A stretch of 64,000 nucleotides of DNA from Mucilaginibacter sp. GTDB taxonomy: Bacteria > Bacteroidota > Bacteroidia > Sphingobacteriales > Sphingobacteriaceae. The notes beneath the pieces are model-generated. The model did no database searches, was not told the origin of the DNA, and saw nothing but the letters and a program-made list of their open reading frames with translations. A program made the position numbers and the translations under genes. Location: positions 177,187-241,186 of the forward strand of contig NZ_JAQBOF010000004.1 in NCBI RefSeq assembly GCF_028288185.1, read 5' to 3'. How positions within the stretch are numbered: position 1 is the first letter of the stretch; the number at the start of each line of letters is the position of its first letter. Positions 37,911 to 47,039 of this stretch are shown here, piece after piece.

Positions 37911-40900
37911 TTAAATAGCAGCAGGCAGGCTCAGGAAGAATGTTGTGCCTTTTCCCTGTTCGGTTTCAAACCAAACTTTTCCGCCGGCATTTTCGATAGA
38001 GTTTTTTACAAAGGCCAGTCCAAGCCCTGTGCCCGAGCTTTTTGTGGTAAAATTAGGCTCAAATATTTTTTCGCTCATGTTTTGAGGGATGCCGTTGCCA
38101 TTGTCTTTAACGGTAAGCAGTATGTTTCTGTCAGTTATTTCATGGTTGATCTCTAATAGTCCAAACCTTTCTGGCGGGGTAGCTTCAATAGCATTTTTAA
38201 ACAGGTTATTAAAACAGCGCAATAACTGGTCTCTATCCGCATTAACAAAAAATGGTGTTTCGGGGGCTCTGTATATGAATTTAAAATTGTCCATTTGTTT
38301 AAAAATGGTAACCGCCTGGCTTATCACATCAAATACATTAAATCGTTCCATGCGGGTATCCGGCATTTTGGCAAAAGCCGAAAACTCTGATGCTATTTGC
38401 GATAGGCTCTCAATTTGCTCAACAAATGATTTGCTGAAACGCTCAAACTTTTGGTCAAACTTAGGGTCTTTTTCGCGCCATGATTTTTCCAATAACTGTA
38501 AACCTAATTTTAGCGGTGTTAACGGGTTCTTAATTTCATGGGCAACTTGTTTTGCCATTTCACGCCAGGCACTCTCTCTTTCTGATTGAGCAAGCCTGGC
38601 CGCGCTGACTTCCAGTGCAGCTATCATGGTATTGTACTCTTTTACCAGCGCACCAATCTCATCATCCCTGTCCCATTGTATTGGTTCATTCTTTTTACCG
38701 TAAATGGTCTTGCTTAAGCTTTGCTGTATAAAACTCAAGGGATTGGTAATTTGGCGGGCAATAATTACGGCAAATAAACCAATGGCTATAAATATCAGAG
38801 CGTAAATATTGATCATTATATTAAGTAATGAGCCAATACGTTCTTTGTAATCAGCCTCGTTTGAGAAATAAGGCAATTGTAAAAATGCTACGGTTTCGCC
38901 TTTAACATTTCTTAAGGGGGCGTATACTGTTTTATAGCTTAATCCGCCTATTACCTCGTCATCAATATACTCAGACTTAAACTGTTTATGTAAATTAATA
39001 AAAGCCTTGGCATTCATATGATTTGCAATTAGCCCGTACTCGTATATCCGGGGTTGCGTAGTAATACGAAGCACGCCGAGGCTGTCAAACAAAACCAGGT
39101 CTGACGAGTAGGAGCTGGCTAAAGCATCGAACGCTATTTGGCTTTCCTCGTTTATTTTGGTCATGTACTTATCAAAGAACCCATTCTCAAAAGCAGCGGT
39201 TATCCTGGCAATTTTATCGCGTATCATGTTGTCCTGCTGCGTTTGATACTGAGTACTTATAGACATGTAGGTAATTATACCTACCAGTATTAAAGTTATT
39301 ACTACCGTAAACACCATTGAAAATTGTATACGGGTTTTATAAAGTATCTTATCAAACGTTACTTTAAAGCCCCACTTAATTTTGTTATTGGTAATAGTTA
39401 ATATTTTAATCCTCAGCCAGGCCCAGCTCATTACAATAACTATGAGGCTAAACATTAGTAGTATTACAAAAAAGAAAGTAACCGAGGTGATAATAAAAAA
39501 CACTTTGTTCTTTTCTTTACTTACAACTATAAGGTTGCGTTCGTTAGGTTTATATATTAAGTGGCTATAGGTAGTAAATGGATCATACCAGGGTTGTTTA
39601 ACATTGCTGGTATCTTTAAAAATAAAAGTTTTTACAGGATGTTTAGTAGGTTTTGCCAGCAGGTTATAAACAAAGCTTCCGCTTTGCGATAATAACTTAC
39701 GATCTGAATAAAACGCGTATGAGTAATCTTTAAAATCGTCATTGTTTTCTATTTGTCGGTCTATCAGCAACTCGGGGAAATAGTTTGATGTTTGCAGCGC
39801 TTTAGATTTTAGCTCGACAACAATAGATCCCAGCGTTTTCTCATTCTGTACAACCGGAAGTATGGCAAAGTAATTTTGATATCCAAATGACAAATTTTGG
39901 CGATAAAAATAATTTGATACTTTAAATGAGCTGTACAGCACCATATCTTTAAAATCATCTATCGAATAATTTTTATCGGCAGACAGTGATTGCCCCGCCT
40001 CACTAAACTCATGGATCTTAAACTCGTATTTTGATAGGTAGCCATCAAAGTAAAGTTTCTGAAAACGATTTTTCAGGTAATCGCTATTGTGTACAGTATC
40101 ATTAAAATATTTAACAATGAAAGGGTCTATAATGATGTGTTTTTCTATCTTTTTAAAAAGATACTCAGCAGTTACATCATTGGGGTTTTCCAATTTTCGT
40201 ACTAAACCTTTGCGTATTTCTTTTTCTTTGATTGATTCGAAGTGATTAAGGCTTAATGATGATATAATTGAGCATATAAATACCACCCCTGCAAAAGCAA
40301 GCGAAGTGATCCTTCCATTGCCATAATAGTAGGCACGCGCCCGTATAAGTACTATTAATGCCCAAAGGATGTAAAACGATGTAAATTCTTTATAATGAAA
40401 AAAGAGCCCTATTGTAGTTAATATTATACCGAGGCAAAATATAATTAGCTGGTTTTTTACCGGTATAGTAAGCTTGCTGCAAACAGTTAAAAAAACCTCG
40501 CCTAACAGGTAAAATATAAAAAAACTAAAGCATAACATTAACAAACCACATAGGCTATATACAGAAAGGTTAAGAACATTATTTACATCAAAACTTATTT
40601 TTGAGTTTATAACCAGGTCATGAAATATATTTAATAATGCAGTTGATGTTACGATAAGGACGATTATACAACCAATAAGTATCAGGTGGCTGGTAAAATT
40701 CCCCGGCCTATATTTTAAAAATTTAAAGCGTTGCCTATGTAAAAAGGCACTGAACCAGCTTATCATTAAAATATTTATGCACAGATCGCCCAGGGTAGGG
40801 TATAGTTTACCACCCGAATAAAAATCAGGGTTAAAAAGATCAAGCTTATAAGTAAAGTTGGGCCAGTTATAATACAGGTTAATAAACCTAAGAGCTATTA

Positions 40901-41651
40901 TAAAAAATACGAGTATGAAAAATGATAAGAACCAATACCCCTTATTTGCCAGGTAGGTGCATATATTTTGTACAAGTGTGCAAACTACAATAAAAGCTAA
41001 CAACCAAATAACCAGTTCGAAGTAAAAAAAGCGATAATTTATTTCGTTGTATTTTACTTTAACAGAGAACAGGTATGTGTTGCTGGTGCTATGTATCGCA
41101 TAGGTGTTCTTATCGGTAAAATCTGCTATGTCAATGTTGTTATCTTTAAGCAGGTCCTTTGCAAATGAGTTTTGCAGATATTGGTTCTGTACAGCGTAAT
41201 TTACTTTTACCGGGATCAAAAATATCACCGAAAAATTGCCTTCTGTTTTTTTGATTGCCTCATAATAGCCATTTACTACGTGCAAAAACGAGATGCTGTC
41301 TCTTATACTGGCCGCATTTTGCGGTATAAATTTAATGCCGCTCCAAAATTCAAGGTTATTATTATTGAATGTTAGTACATAAATATCACGTTGAGTGGTA
41401 AATTGCTGTATGCATTGTAATGCTTCATCGCCGCTATTGTTATTTAGGGTTTTAAAGCGATTAAAGTTTTCGGGAGTTTGAATGGCTTTGTAAATGTAAT
41501 CTTCCTTTTTATGAAGATTATCTTCCAGCATCCGGGCTGTTTGTATTAAATTGATGGCAGGAGTGTAAGTTACGCGGACAATAATTGCCGTTAACAACAA
41601 ACTGGCACCTAACAGGGCCAGCATTAAACGTATTTTTCCCGCGTAACTCAA
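37911..41651 (-). CDS. large multi-TM sensor histidine kinase (NtrY-like C-terminus)
   Basis: HAMP, WREMAKQVAHEIKNPL H-box, NLFKNAIEA, DNGNG, FTTKSSGTGLGL. Confidence 0.93.
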   Translation of the reverse strand: MSYAGKIRLMLALLGASLLLTAIIVRVTYTPAINLIQTARMLEDNLHKKEDYIYKAIQTPENFNRFKTLNNNSGDEALQCIQQFTTQRDIYVLTFNNNNLEFWSGIKFIPQNAASIRDSISFLHVVNGYYEAIKKTEGNFSVIFLIPVKVNYAVQNQYLQNSFAKDLLKDNNIDIADFTDKNTYAIHSTSNTYLFSVKVKYNEINYRFFYFELVIWLLAFIVVCTLVQNICTYLANKGYWFLSFFILVFFIIALRFINLYYNWPNFTYKLDLFNPDFYSGGKLYPTLGDLCINILMISWFSAFLHRQRFKFLKYRPGNFTSHLILIGCIIVLIVTSTALLNIFHDLVINSKISFDVNNVLNLSVYSLCGLLMLCFSFFIFYLLGEVFLTVCSKLTIPVKNQLIIFCLGIILTTIGLFFHYKEFTSFYILWALIVLIRARAYYYGNGRITSLAFAGVVFICSIISSLSLNHFESIKEKEIRKGLVRKLENPNDVTAEYLFKKIEKHIIIDPFIVKYFNDTVHNSDYLKNRFQKLYFDGYLSKYEFKIHEFSEAGQSLSADKNYSIDDFKDMVLYSSFKVSNYFYRQNLSFGYQNYFAILPVVQNEKTLGSIVVELKSKALQTSNYFPELLIDRQIENNDDFKDYSYAFYSDRKLLSQSGSFVYNLLAKPTKHPVKTFIFKDTSNVKQPWYDPFTTYSHLIYKPNERNLIVVSKEKNKVFFIITSVTFFFVILLMFSLIVIVMSWAWLRIKILTITNNKIKWGFKVTFDKILYKTRIQFSMVFTVVITLILVGIITYMSISTQYQTQQDNMIRDKIARITAAFENGFFDKYMTKINEESQIAFDALASSYSSDLVLFDSLGVLRITTQPRIYEYGLIANHMNAKAFINLHKQFKSEYIDDEVIGGLSYKTVYAPLRNVKGETVAFLQLPYFSNEADYKERIGSLLNIMINIYALIFIAIGLFAVIIARQITNPLSFIQQSLSKTIYGKKNEPIQWDRDDEIGALVKEYNTMIAALEVSAARLAQSERESAWREMAKQVAHEIKNPLTPLKLGLQLLEKSWREKDPKFDQKFERFSKSFVEQIESLSQIASEFSAFAKMPDTRMERFNVFDVISQAVTIFKQMDNFKFIYRAPETPFFVNADRDQLLRCFNNLFKNAIEATPPERFGLLEINHEITDRNILLTVKDNGNGIPQNMSEKIFEPNFTTKSSGTGLGLAFVKNSIENAGGKVWFETEQGKGTTFFLSLPAAI

Positions 41652-41685
41652 ATGCTTGTAACTAGACTTATGTAAACTTACAAAT

Positions 41686-41713
41686 AAAAAAAAGCCGCTT
41701 TAGTTTGCGGCTT
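41686..41713 (-). terminator. terminator after fabD
   Basis: AAGCCGC/GCGGCTT stem with U-run on minus. Confidence 0.75.
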
Positions 41714-41723
41714 ATAAAAATTA

Positions 41724-42605
41724 TTATTGTAATGAGGCACTCGATGTAGGCATTGCCCGGTCTGCTTTTTTAACAAGACCTTGTAAAACATTGCCCGGAC
41801 CAACTTCGGTGAATGACGTTGCGCCATCTTCCATCATATGTAATACGGTTTGTGTCCATCTAACCGGGCCGGTAAGCTGTGCTATTAAATTATGTTTTAT
41901 CAGTGCCGGATCAATGTAGGGCTTAGCATCAATATTTTGATAAATGCGGCAAATAGGTTCATTGATAACGGTATTTACAATAGCATGCTCCAGCTCAACC
42001 CTTGCAGCCTCCATTAAAGGCGAATGGAACGCGCCACCCACATTTAATTTCAACGCTCTTTTTGCACCGGCCGCGGTCATTAACTCGCAAGCTTTGTCAA
42101 TGCCCGATATGGTACCCGATATTACCAGCTGGCCCGGGCAATTATAATTAGCCGGTACAACCACATCGCTAATGCGGTGGCAAATATCTTCAACAGTAAA
42201 ATCATCCAATCCTAAAATAGCGGCCATTGTTGATGGCTGTATCTCGCAGGCCTTTTGCATAGCGTTGGCGCGTGCCGCAACTAAACGTAAGCCATCTTCG
42301 AACGATAAAGCGCCTGCGGCAGTTAAAGCAGAAAACTCGCCTAATGAATGACCTGCCGCCATATCCGGTGCAAAATCAGGCAATACTTTAGCCAATATAA
42401 CCGAGTGCAAAAATATAGCCGGTTGCGTAACGTTGGTTTGTTTAAGGCCCTCATCCGTTCCGTTAAACATAATATCCGTAATGCGGAAACCTAATATATC
42501 ATTAGCGTGCTCAAATAGTTCGCGCGCTTTGTCAGATTGTTCATACAGGTCTTTGCCCATACCTACAAACTGTGCACCTTGTCCTGGAAAAATGTATGCT
42601 TTCAT
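41724..42605 (-). CDS. fabD: malonyl-CoA:ACP transacylase
   Basis: FPGQGAQ, GHSLGEF, AFHSPLM, EVGPG. Confidence 0.97.
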   Translation of the reverse strand: MKAYIFPGQGAQFVGMGKDLYEQSDKARELFEHANDILGFRITDIMFNGTDEGLKQTNVTQPAIFLHSVILAKVLPDFAPDMAAGHSLGEFSALTAAGALSFEDGLRLVAARANAMQKACEIQPSTMAAILGLDDFTVEDICHRISDVVVPANYNCPGQLVISGTISGIDKACELMTAAGAKRALKLNVGGAFHSPLMEAARVELEHAIVNTVINEPICRIYQNIDAKPYIDPALIKHNLIAQLTGPVRWTQTVLHMMEDGATSFTEVGPGNVLQGLVKKADRAMPTSSASLQ

Positions 42606-42607
42606 AA

Positions 42608-42738
42608 GAAAGATTGGTGATTGAAGATTAAAGATTAGTTTATGTTGGTTAAATTTTAGTTGGTATTAATTAATAATTAAAGATCAAGGATTCCGTTTGC
42701 TATTCAACCAATCTTTAATCTTCAATCACCAATCTTTC
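42608..42738. repeat. inverted heptamer arrays (AGATTGG family), 29-bp perfect IR
   Basis: 42608-42636 is the exact reverse complement of 42710-42738. Confidence 0.9.
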
Positions 42739-42742
42739 CACC

Positions 42743-43381
42743 CTAACTTAATTTCGACGATATCAAATGTAAAAACTCTGCCCTTGTTTTTTCGTGATAA
42801 AACCCGCCCGAAAAGGCTGATGTTGTTGTAACCGAGTTTTGTTTTTGTACGCCGCGCATACACATACACAAGTGGCGGCACTCAATAACCACGCCTACGC
42901 CAACGGGCTGTAGGGCCTCTTGTATACAATCACGTATTTCGTTAGTTAAACGTTCCTGTACTTGTAACCGGCGTGCATAGGCATCAACCACACGTGGTAT
43001 TTTACTTAATCCTACTACGTATCCGTTAGGGATATAAGCGATATGTGCCTTGCCAAAAAACGGCAGCATGTGGTGCTCGCACATAGAATAAACTTCTATG
43101 TCCTTAACTACAACCATTTGGCTATACTCCTCTTTAAATAAAGCCGAGTTTAGTATTTCTTTTGGATTCAAGTCATAACCATGTGTTAAATAGAGCATGG
43201 CTTTGGCAATACGCTCAGGGGTTTTTAATAAACCTTCGCGTTCAGGATTCTCGCCCAATTGCTTTAGTACTTGTTTATAATGGCCCGATAGGCTTTCAAT
43301 AAGCTCGGGGTTATAGCGGTCAACTTTTTCGTAACCGTTAATGTCATCATCCCTATCGGGGATATCGTGGTCGTCAATCAT
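42743..43381 (-). CDS. folE: GTP cyclohydrolase I
   Basis: [44 protein letters not shown]. Confidence 0.97.
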   Translation of the reverse strand: MIDDHDIPDRDDDINGYEKVDRYNPELIESLSGHYKQVLKQLGENPEREGLLKTPERIAKAMLYLTHGYDLNPKEILNSALFKEEYSQMVVVKDIEVYSMCEHHMLPFFGKAHIAYIPNGYVVGLSKIPRVVDAYARRLQVQERLTNEIRDCIQEALQPVGVGVVIECRHLCMCMRGVQKQNSVTTTSAFSGGFYHEKTRAEFLHLISSKLS

Positions 43382-43390
43382 TGTGCAGGT

Positions 43391-43810
43391 TTAATCACCA
43401 AAATACTCTGCCGAGTTGTTTTCGGTTTCATGTAATCTTACCGAGTGTAAAAACACGCCATCGTAAGCTTCAATCGGTGCTTTAAGCTGGTTAAATATCT
43501 CAATACAAAGCAATTCGGTCGATGCCATTTTGCCTTTCATAAAATCAACATCAAGGTTAATGTTTTTGTGGTCAAGTTTCTCAATTACGTAGTCGTTTAT
43601 AATTATTTTTAGCTCTTTCAGGTCTATTAAGTAACCTGTTGCATGTGTAACGTCACCCTTAACAGTTACAAATAAATTATAGTTATGACCATGCCAATTT
43701 GGATTAGCGCATTTGCCAAATACTTCAGCGTTTTTTTCTGCGCTCCATTCATCACGGTACATTTTATGGGCTGCATTAAAATGTTCCTTACGCGTAATAT
43801 GTATCATCAT
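43391..43810 (-). CDS. 6-pyruvoyl-tetrahydropterin synthase family (COG0720), C-X5-HGH type
   Basis: FNAAH, KCANPNWHGHNY, LDHKNIN, ETENN. Confidence 0.9.
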   Translation of the reverse strand: MMIHITRKEHFNAAHKMYRDEWSAEKNAEVFGKCANPNWHGHNYNLFVTVKGDVTHATGYLIDLKELKIIINDYVIEKLDHKNINLDVDFMKGKMASTELLCIEIFNQLKAPIEAYDGVFLHSVRLHETENNSAEYFGD

Positions 43811-43844
43811 AATATTTAATGGGTGCAAATATACAAAACTTTTA

Positions 43845-43953
43845 AGTTGACAGTTGTTAGTTTACAGTTGTTAGTTGGCGGTTGGTTTAATATATTTCGT
43901 AATAAGCTTCTACAAACCATTAACTGCAAACCGCCAACTAACAACTGCCAACT
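43845..43953. repeat. inverted heptamer arrays (AGTTGNN family)
   Basis: Six 7-mers 43845-43886; five complementary 7-mers 43919-43953. Confidence 0.85.
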
Positions 43954-43984
43954 AAATTTAATTATATTAGCATAAAAAGATAAC

Positions 43985-44650
43985 ATGCGGATATTAATTG
44001 TTGCTGCAACCCAGCCAGAGGTTGACCCTTTAATGCAATCGCTAGGCATGCAAAAGTCAGACGAAGAAGAAAATTTGTTTGTTACCCGCCATACTTCGGT
44101 AGCCAATTGCTCGGTACTAATAACCGGCGCTGGCATGGTGCCAACCGCTTTTGCTTTAGGCAGGCATTTGCCGCATAACGTATATAACCTGATAATAAAC
44201 CTGGGTATAGCGGGCAGCTTTGATCGTAATATTAAATTGGGCGATGTGTTGGAAATAACCCAGGATACCCAAGCAGAGCTAGGCGCAGAAGACGATACCC
44301 GATTTATAAGCATTGAACAATTGGGACTGGGCGCAGGTATTTTTAACCCTACCAGCAGCCTAAGTCATTTTACTAAAACCATCAATCCCCAAAAAGCTAC
44401 TGCAATAACGGTAAATACCGTACATGGCAATGAAACTACTATAACAGCAGTTACCGCCCGACTTAACCCACAATTGGAAAGCATGGAAGGCGCTGCTTTT
44501 TTTTACGCGTGCCGCGAATTAAAGGTGCCTTGCGTACAGATCAGGGCAGTGTCAAATTATGTAGAAAAACGTAACCGCGACAACTGGCAGATAGGGCTTG
44601 CTGTTAAAAATCTGAATACCTTTGCGCTAGACTTGATTAAGGCTTTGTAG
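43985..44650 (+). CDS. mqnB: futalosine hydrolase
   Basis: PNP/MTAN fold: GAGMV, NLGIAGS, TVNTVHG, ESMEGAA, IRAVSNYV..RNR..W. Confidence 0.88.
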   Translation: MRILIVAATQPEVDPLMQSLGMQKSDEEENLFVTRHTSVANCSVLITGAGMVPTAFALGRHLPHNVYNLIINLGIAGSFDRNIKLGDVLEITQDTQAELGAEDDTRFISIEQLGLGAGIFNPTSSLSHFTKTINPQKATAITVNTVHGNETTITAVTARLNPQLESMEGAAFFYACRELKVPCVQIRAVSNYVEKRNRDNWQIGLAVKNLNTFALDLIKAL

Positions 44651-44656
44651 GTGGTG

Positions 44657-44736
44657 AGGTTATACGTTTGACGTTATAAGTTATACGTTTTTTAATTACC
44701 CTTCACGTACAACGTCCAATGTAAAACGTACAACAT
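44657..44736. repeat. inverted heptamer arrays (ACGTTNN family)
   Basis: AGGTTAT ACGTTTG ACGTTAT AAGTTAT ACGTTTT ... TTCACGT ACAACGT CCAATGT AAAACGT ACAACAT. Confidence 0.75.
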
Positions 44737-45583
44737 GAAACTAACCCTCGGCTTTTCGCCTTGCCCTAATGATACTTTTATTTTCGATGCGCTTATCCAC
44801 CATAAAATTGATATGGAGGGGTTGGAGTTCGAGGTGTTTTATGATGATGTGGAAACGCTTAATCAAAAAGCCTTTCGCGGCGAACTGGATATTACCAAAC
44901 TAAGCTACCATGCTTTCGCTTACGTTGCTAGTCAATATGTTTTGCTGGATGCCGGCAGCGCTCTGGGCTACGGTGTCGGGCCGATGCTGATCTGTAAAGG
45001 TAATCCCGAAAAGCTTCACTCACAACTCACCACTCACAACTCACCACTCAAAATTGGTATCCCCGGCAAATACACCACCGCTAATTTTTTGTTGGGACTG
45101 GCTTTCCCTAACGCTACTAATAAAGTAGAGCTGGTATTCTCTGATATTGAGAACGCGGTTTTAGAAGGTAGGGTAGATGTGGGCTTAATCATCCACGAAA
45201 ACCGTTTTACTTACCAGGATAAAGGTTTAAAAAAGATCATCGACCTGGGTGATTACTGGGAAAAGAAAACAGGATGTGCTATACCGCTTGGCGGCATTGT
45301 AGCTAACCGAAATTTGCCTTTAGACGTTCAGCATAAAATCAATAGGGTGTTGCGTAAATCGGTTGAGTTTGCTTTTGCTAACCCAAAATCCGGATTAGAT
45401 TTTATCCGCCAGCACGCGCAGGAAATGAGCGAGGAGGTAATGTATAAGCATATTGAGCTTTATGTAAATAAATACTCGGTTGATTTGGGTGAGGAGGGTA
45501 GGAAAGCTATTAAATTATTGTTTGATACGGCGCTGGAAAAGGGGATAATACCTTCTATAAAAAACGACATTTTTTTAACCTGA
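44735..45583 (+). CDS. mqnD: 1,4-dihydroxy-6-naphthoate synthase
   Basis: GFSPCPNDTFIF, DVETLN, GSALG.GVGP, IPGKYTTA, IHENRFTY, PLGG. Confidence 0.95.
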   Translation: MKLTLGFSPCPNDTFIFDALIHHKIDMEGLEFEVFYDDVETLNQKAFRGELDITKLSYHAFAYVASQYVLLDAGSALGYGVGPMLICKGNPEKLHSQLTTHNSPLKIGIPGKYTTANFLLGLAFPNATNKVELVFSDIENAVLEGRVDVGLIIHENRFTYQDKGLKKIIDLGDYWEKKTGCAIPLGGIVANRNLPLDVQHKINRVLRKSVEFAFANPKSGLDFIRQHAQEMSEEVMYKHIELYVNKYSVDLGEEGRKAIKLLFDTALEKGIIPSIKNDIFLT

Positions 45584-45646
45584 TTTTTTGGCATTGCTGC
45601 GTAGCGCGGCAATCGCGAAAGATGTAGCCAATTCGTTCAATAAATG

Positions 45647-47020
45647 TTACTCTTTTGTAGTCTGCACTCTAAACATAAATCCAAATTCTTTTTCTTGGGA
45701 TAAGGAGAGTGCTAATTCACCTATAAACCATTTCCTTCCAATCCAAATATCGTTCTCTGGAAATTCAACTGTATGATTAATAAACCCCGCATTGTTATTT
45801 AAATCAGGGCCTAGCCATTCTACAAAATTTTTTAATAATGATTTCAATTCTTTAAAGTAATACCAGTTTGAGAGTGTATTATTTTGTTTAATAAAACTGA
45901 TAAAATTAATCCCATCCATGGATGATAGCCAAATTGCGTAGTTAAAATAGCCTGCAAAAAAAGTGTTTATATAATATTCTGCTATTGTAGCTTTACTAGC
46001 TACATCACTATAGTAGTATTCAAACTCTAGCGTATTAATGTAATTTATTAAGTTAGAAAGAGATTTGGAGTCTTTAATTTTGGATATTAAGCTATCAACT
46101 TGGTCGCAAAATTCATTCTCTGATAAAATTAACGTATCAAATCTACCATCCTCATATAAGACCCTTGCCTTATCTCTAAGTCTTTTATCTTCAGTTAAAA
46201 AGATATCACAATGTGCTGCATAATACGCATGAAATGCATCGGTAACTATATTAGACGTGCTGCTATTGTTATCGGCTTTATATCCAAAAAGATCTAAAGT
46301 ATTATATGCTGTTATGAACCAGTCGAAGTGTGAATACGGTTTGTCATTAAAGCGAATTTTGAGGGAATCAATCACTAATTCATCAAAAGTTTTATTGTAA
46401 GCTGTTTTTGGCAGTTCCCTATTTAAATAGTCAATAATATTACCCTTGACATTTGCTATGGCCTTTCTTGATAATTGACCATCAATATTTTTCCTTGTCG
46501 TTTTTAAAGGAGTGTTAGAAATTAATGATTCTTTAACGAACCCTGTAATGTCTTCTAATAAGGATTTAAAGTTTTTTTCACGTTTAAATGCTTCAAAAGG
46601 AAAATTATCTAATTCAGGTAAACTTGTATCAACGTCTAGTAAGTGATTTAAATTATTTAGCCTATCCAAAGGGTTTTCAATCCCTAGTTTTTCGCACTCT
46701 TGAGCGAACATATCGAAAGGATTACTAATCTCTACGGCTGTTTCTTTACAGGTGTCAAAAAATTCGAAAGGATCTCTAATATCATACCTTAATTTTTCCT
46801 CGCCCCAATACTTTGCTAAACACTGATCTTCAGTATAGTCTTTGATTTGTTTTAAATCCTGTTTTATCAATTCATCATTAGAACTTCTACTTAGGTCATC
46901 TATATGAGCTGAGGAATAGACAAGGTTTAAATAGTCAGAATGTTCTGATAGTTTTTCTTTTAACTGAGGGAATTTATCAATCTTAGTTAGCAGATTAGTA
47001 TCTAAATAAATTCTCAGCAT
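45647..47020 (-). CDS. AT-rich hypothetical protein with PIN-like nuclease motifs
   Basis: IYLDTN at N-terminus, S.AHIDD, DAFHAYYAAHCDIFLTED. Confidence 0.6.
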   Translation of the reverse strand: MLRIYLDTNLLTKIDKFPQLKEKLSEHSDYLNLVYSSAHIDDLSRSSNDELIKQDLKQIKDYTEDQCLAKYWGEEKLRYDIRDPFEFFDTCKETAVEISNPFDMFAQECEKLGIENPLDRLNNLNHLLDVDTSLPELDNFPFEAFKREKNFKSLLEDITGFVKESLISNTPLKTTRKNIDGQLSRKAIANVKGNIIDYLNRELPKTAYNKTFDELVIDSLKIRFNDKPYSHFDWFITAYNTLDLFGYKADNNSSTSNIVTDAFHAYYAAHCDIFLTEDKRLRDKARVLYEDGRFDTLILSENEFCDQVDSLISKIKDSKSLSNLINYINTLEFEYYYSDVASKATIAEYYINTFFAGYFNYAIWLSSMDGINFISFIKQNNTLSNWYYFKELKSLLKNFVEWLGPDLNNNAGFINHTVEFPENDIWIGRKWFIGELALSLSQEKEFGFMFRVQTTKE

Positions 47021-47039
47021 TACGTTTGCTATTTATTTT

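Noticed and set aside
37911-41651. Orphan histidine kinase as a novel system
   Set aside because: Large orphan membrane kinases are common in Bacteroidota; nothing in the sequence sets this one apart.
43816-44313. 165-aa minus-strand ORF
   Set aside because: Antisense to mqnB and extends through a heptamer hairpin; no motifs.
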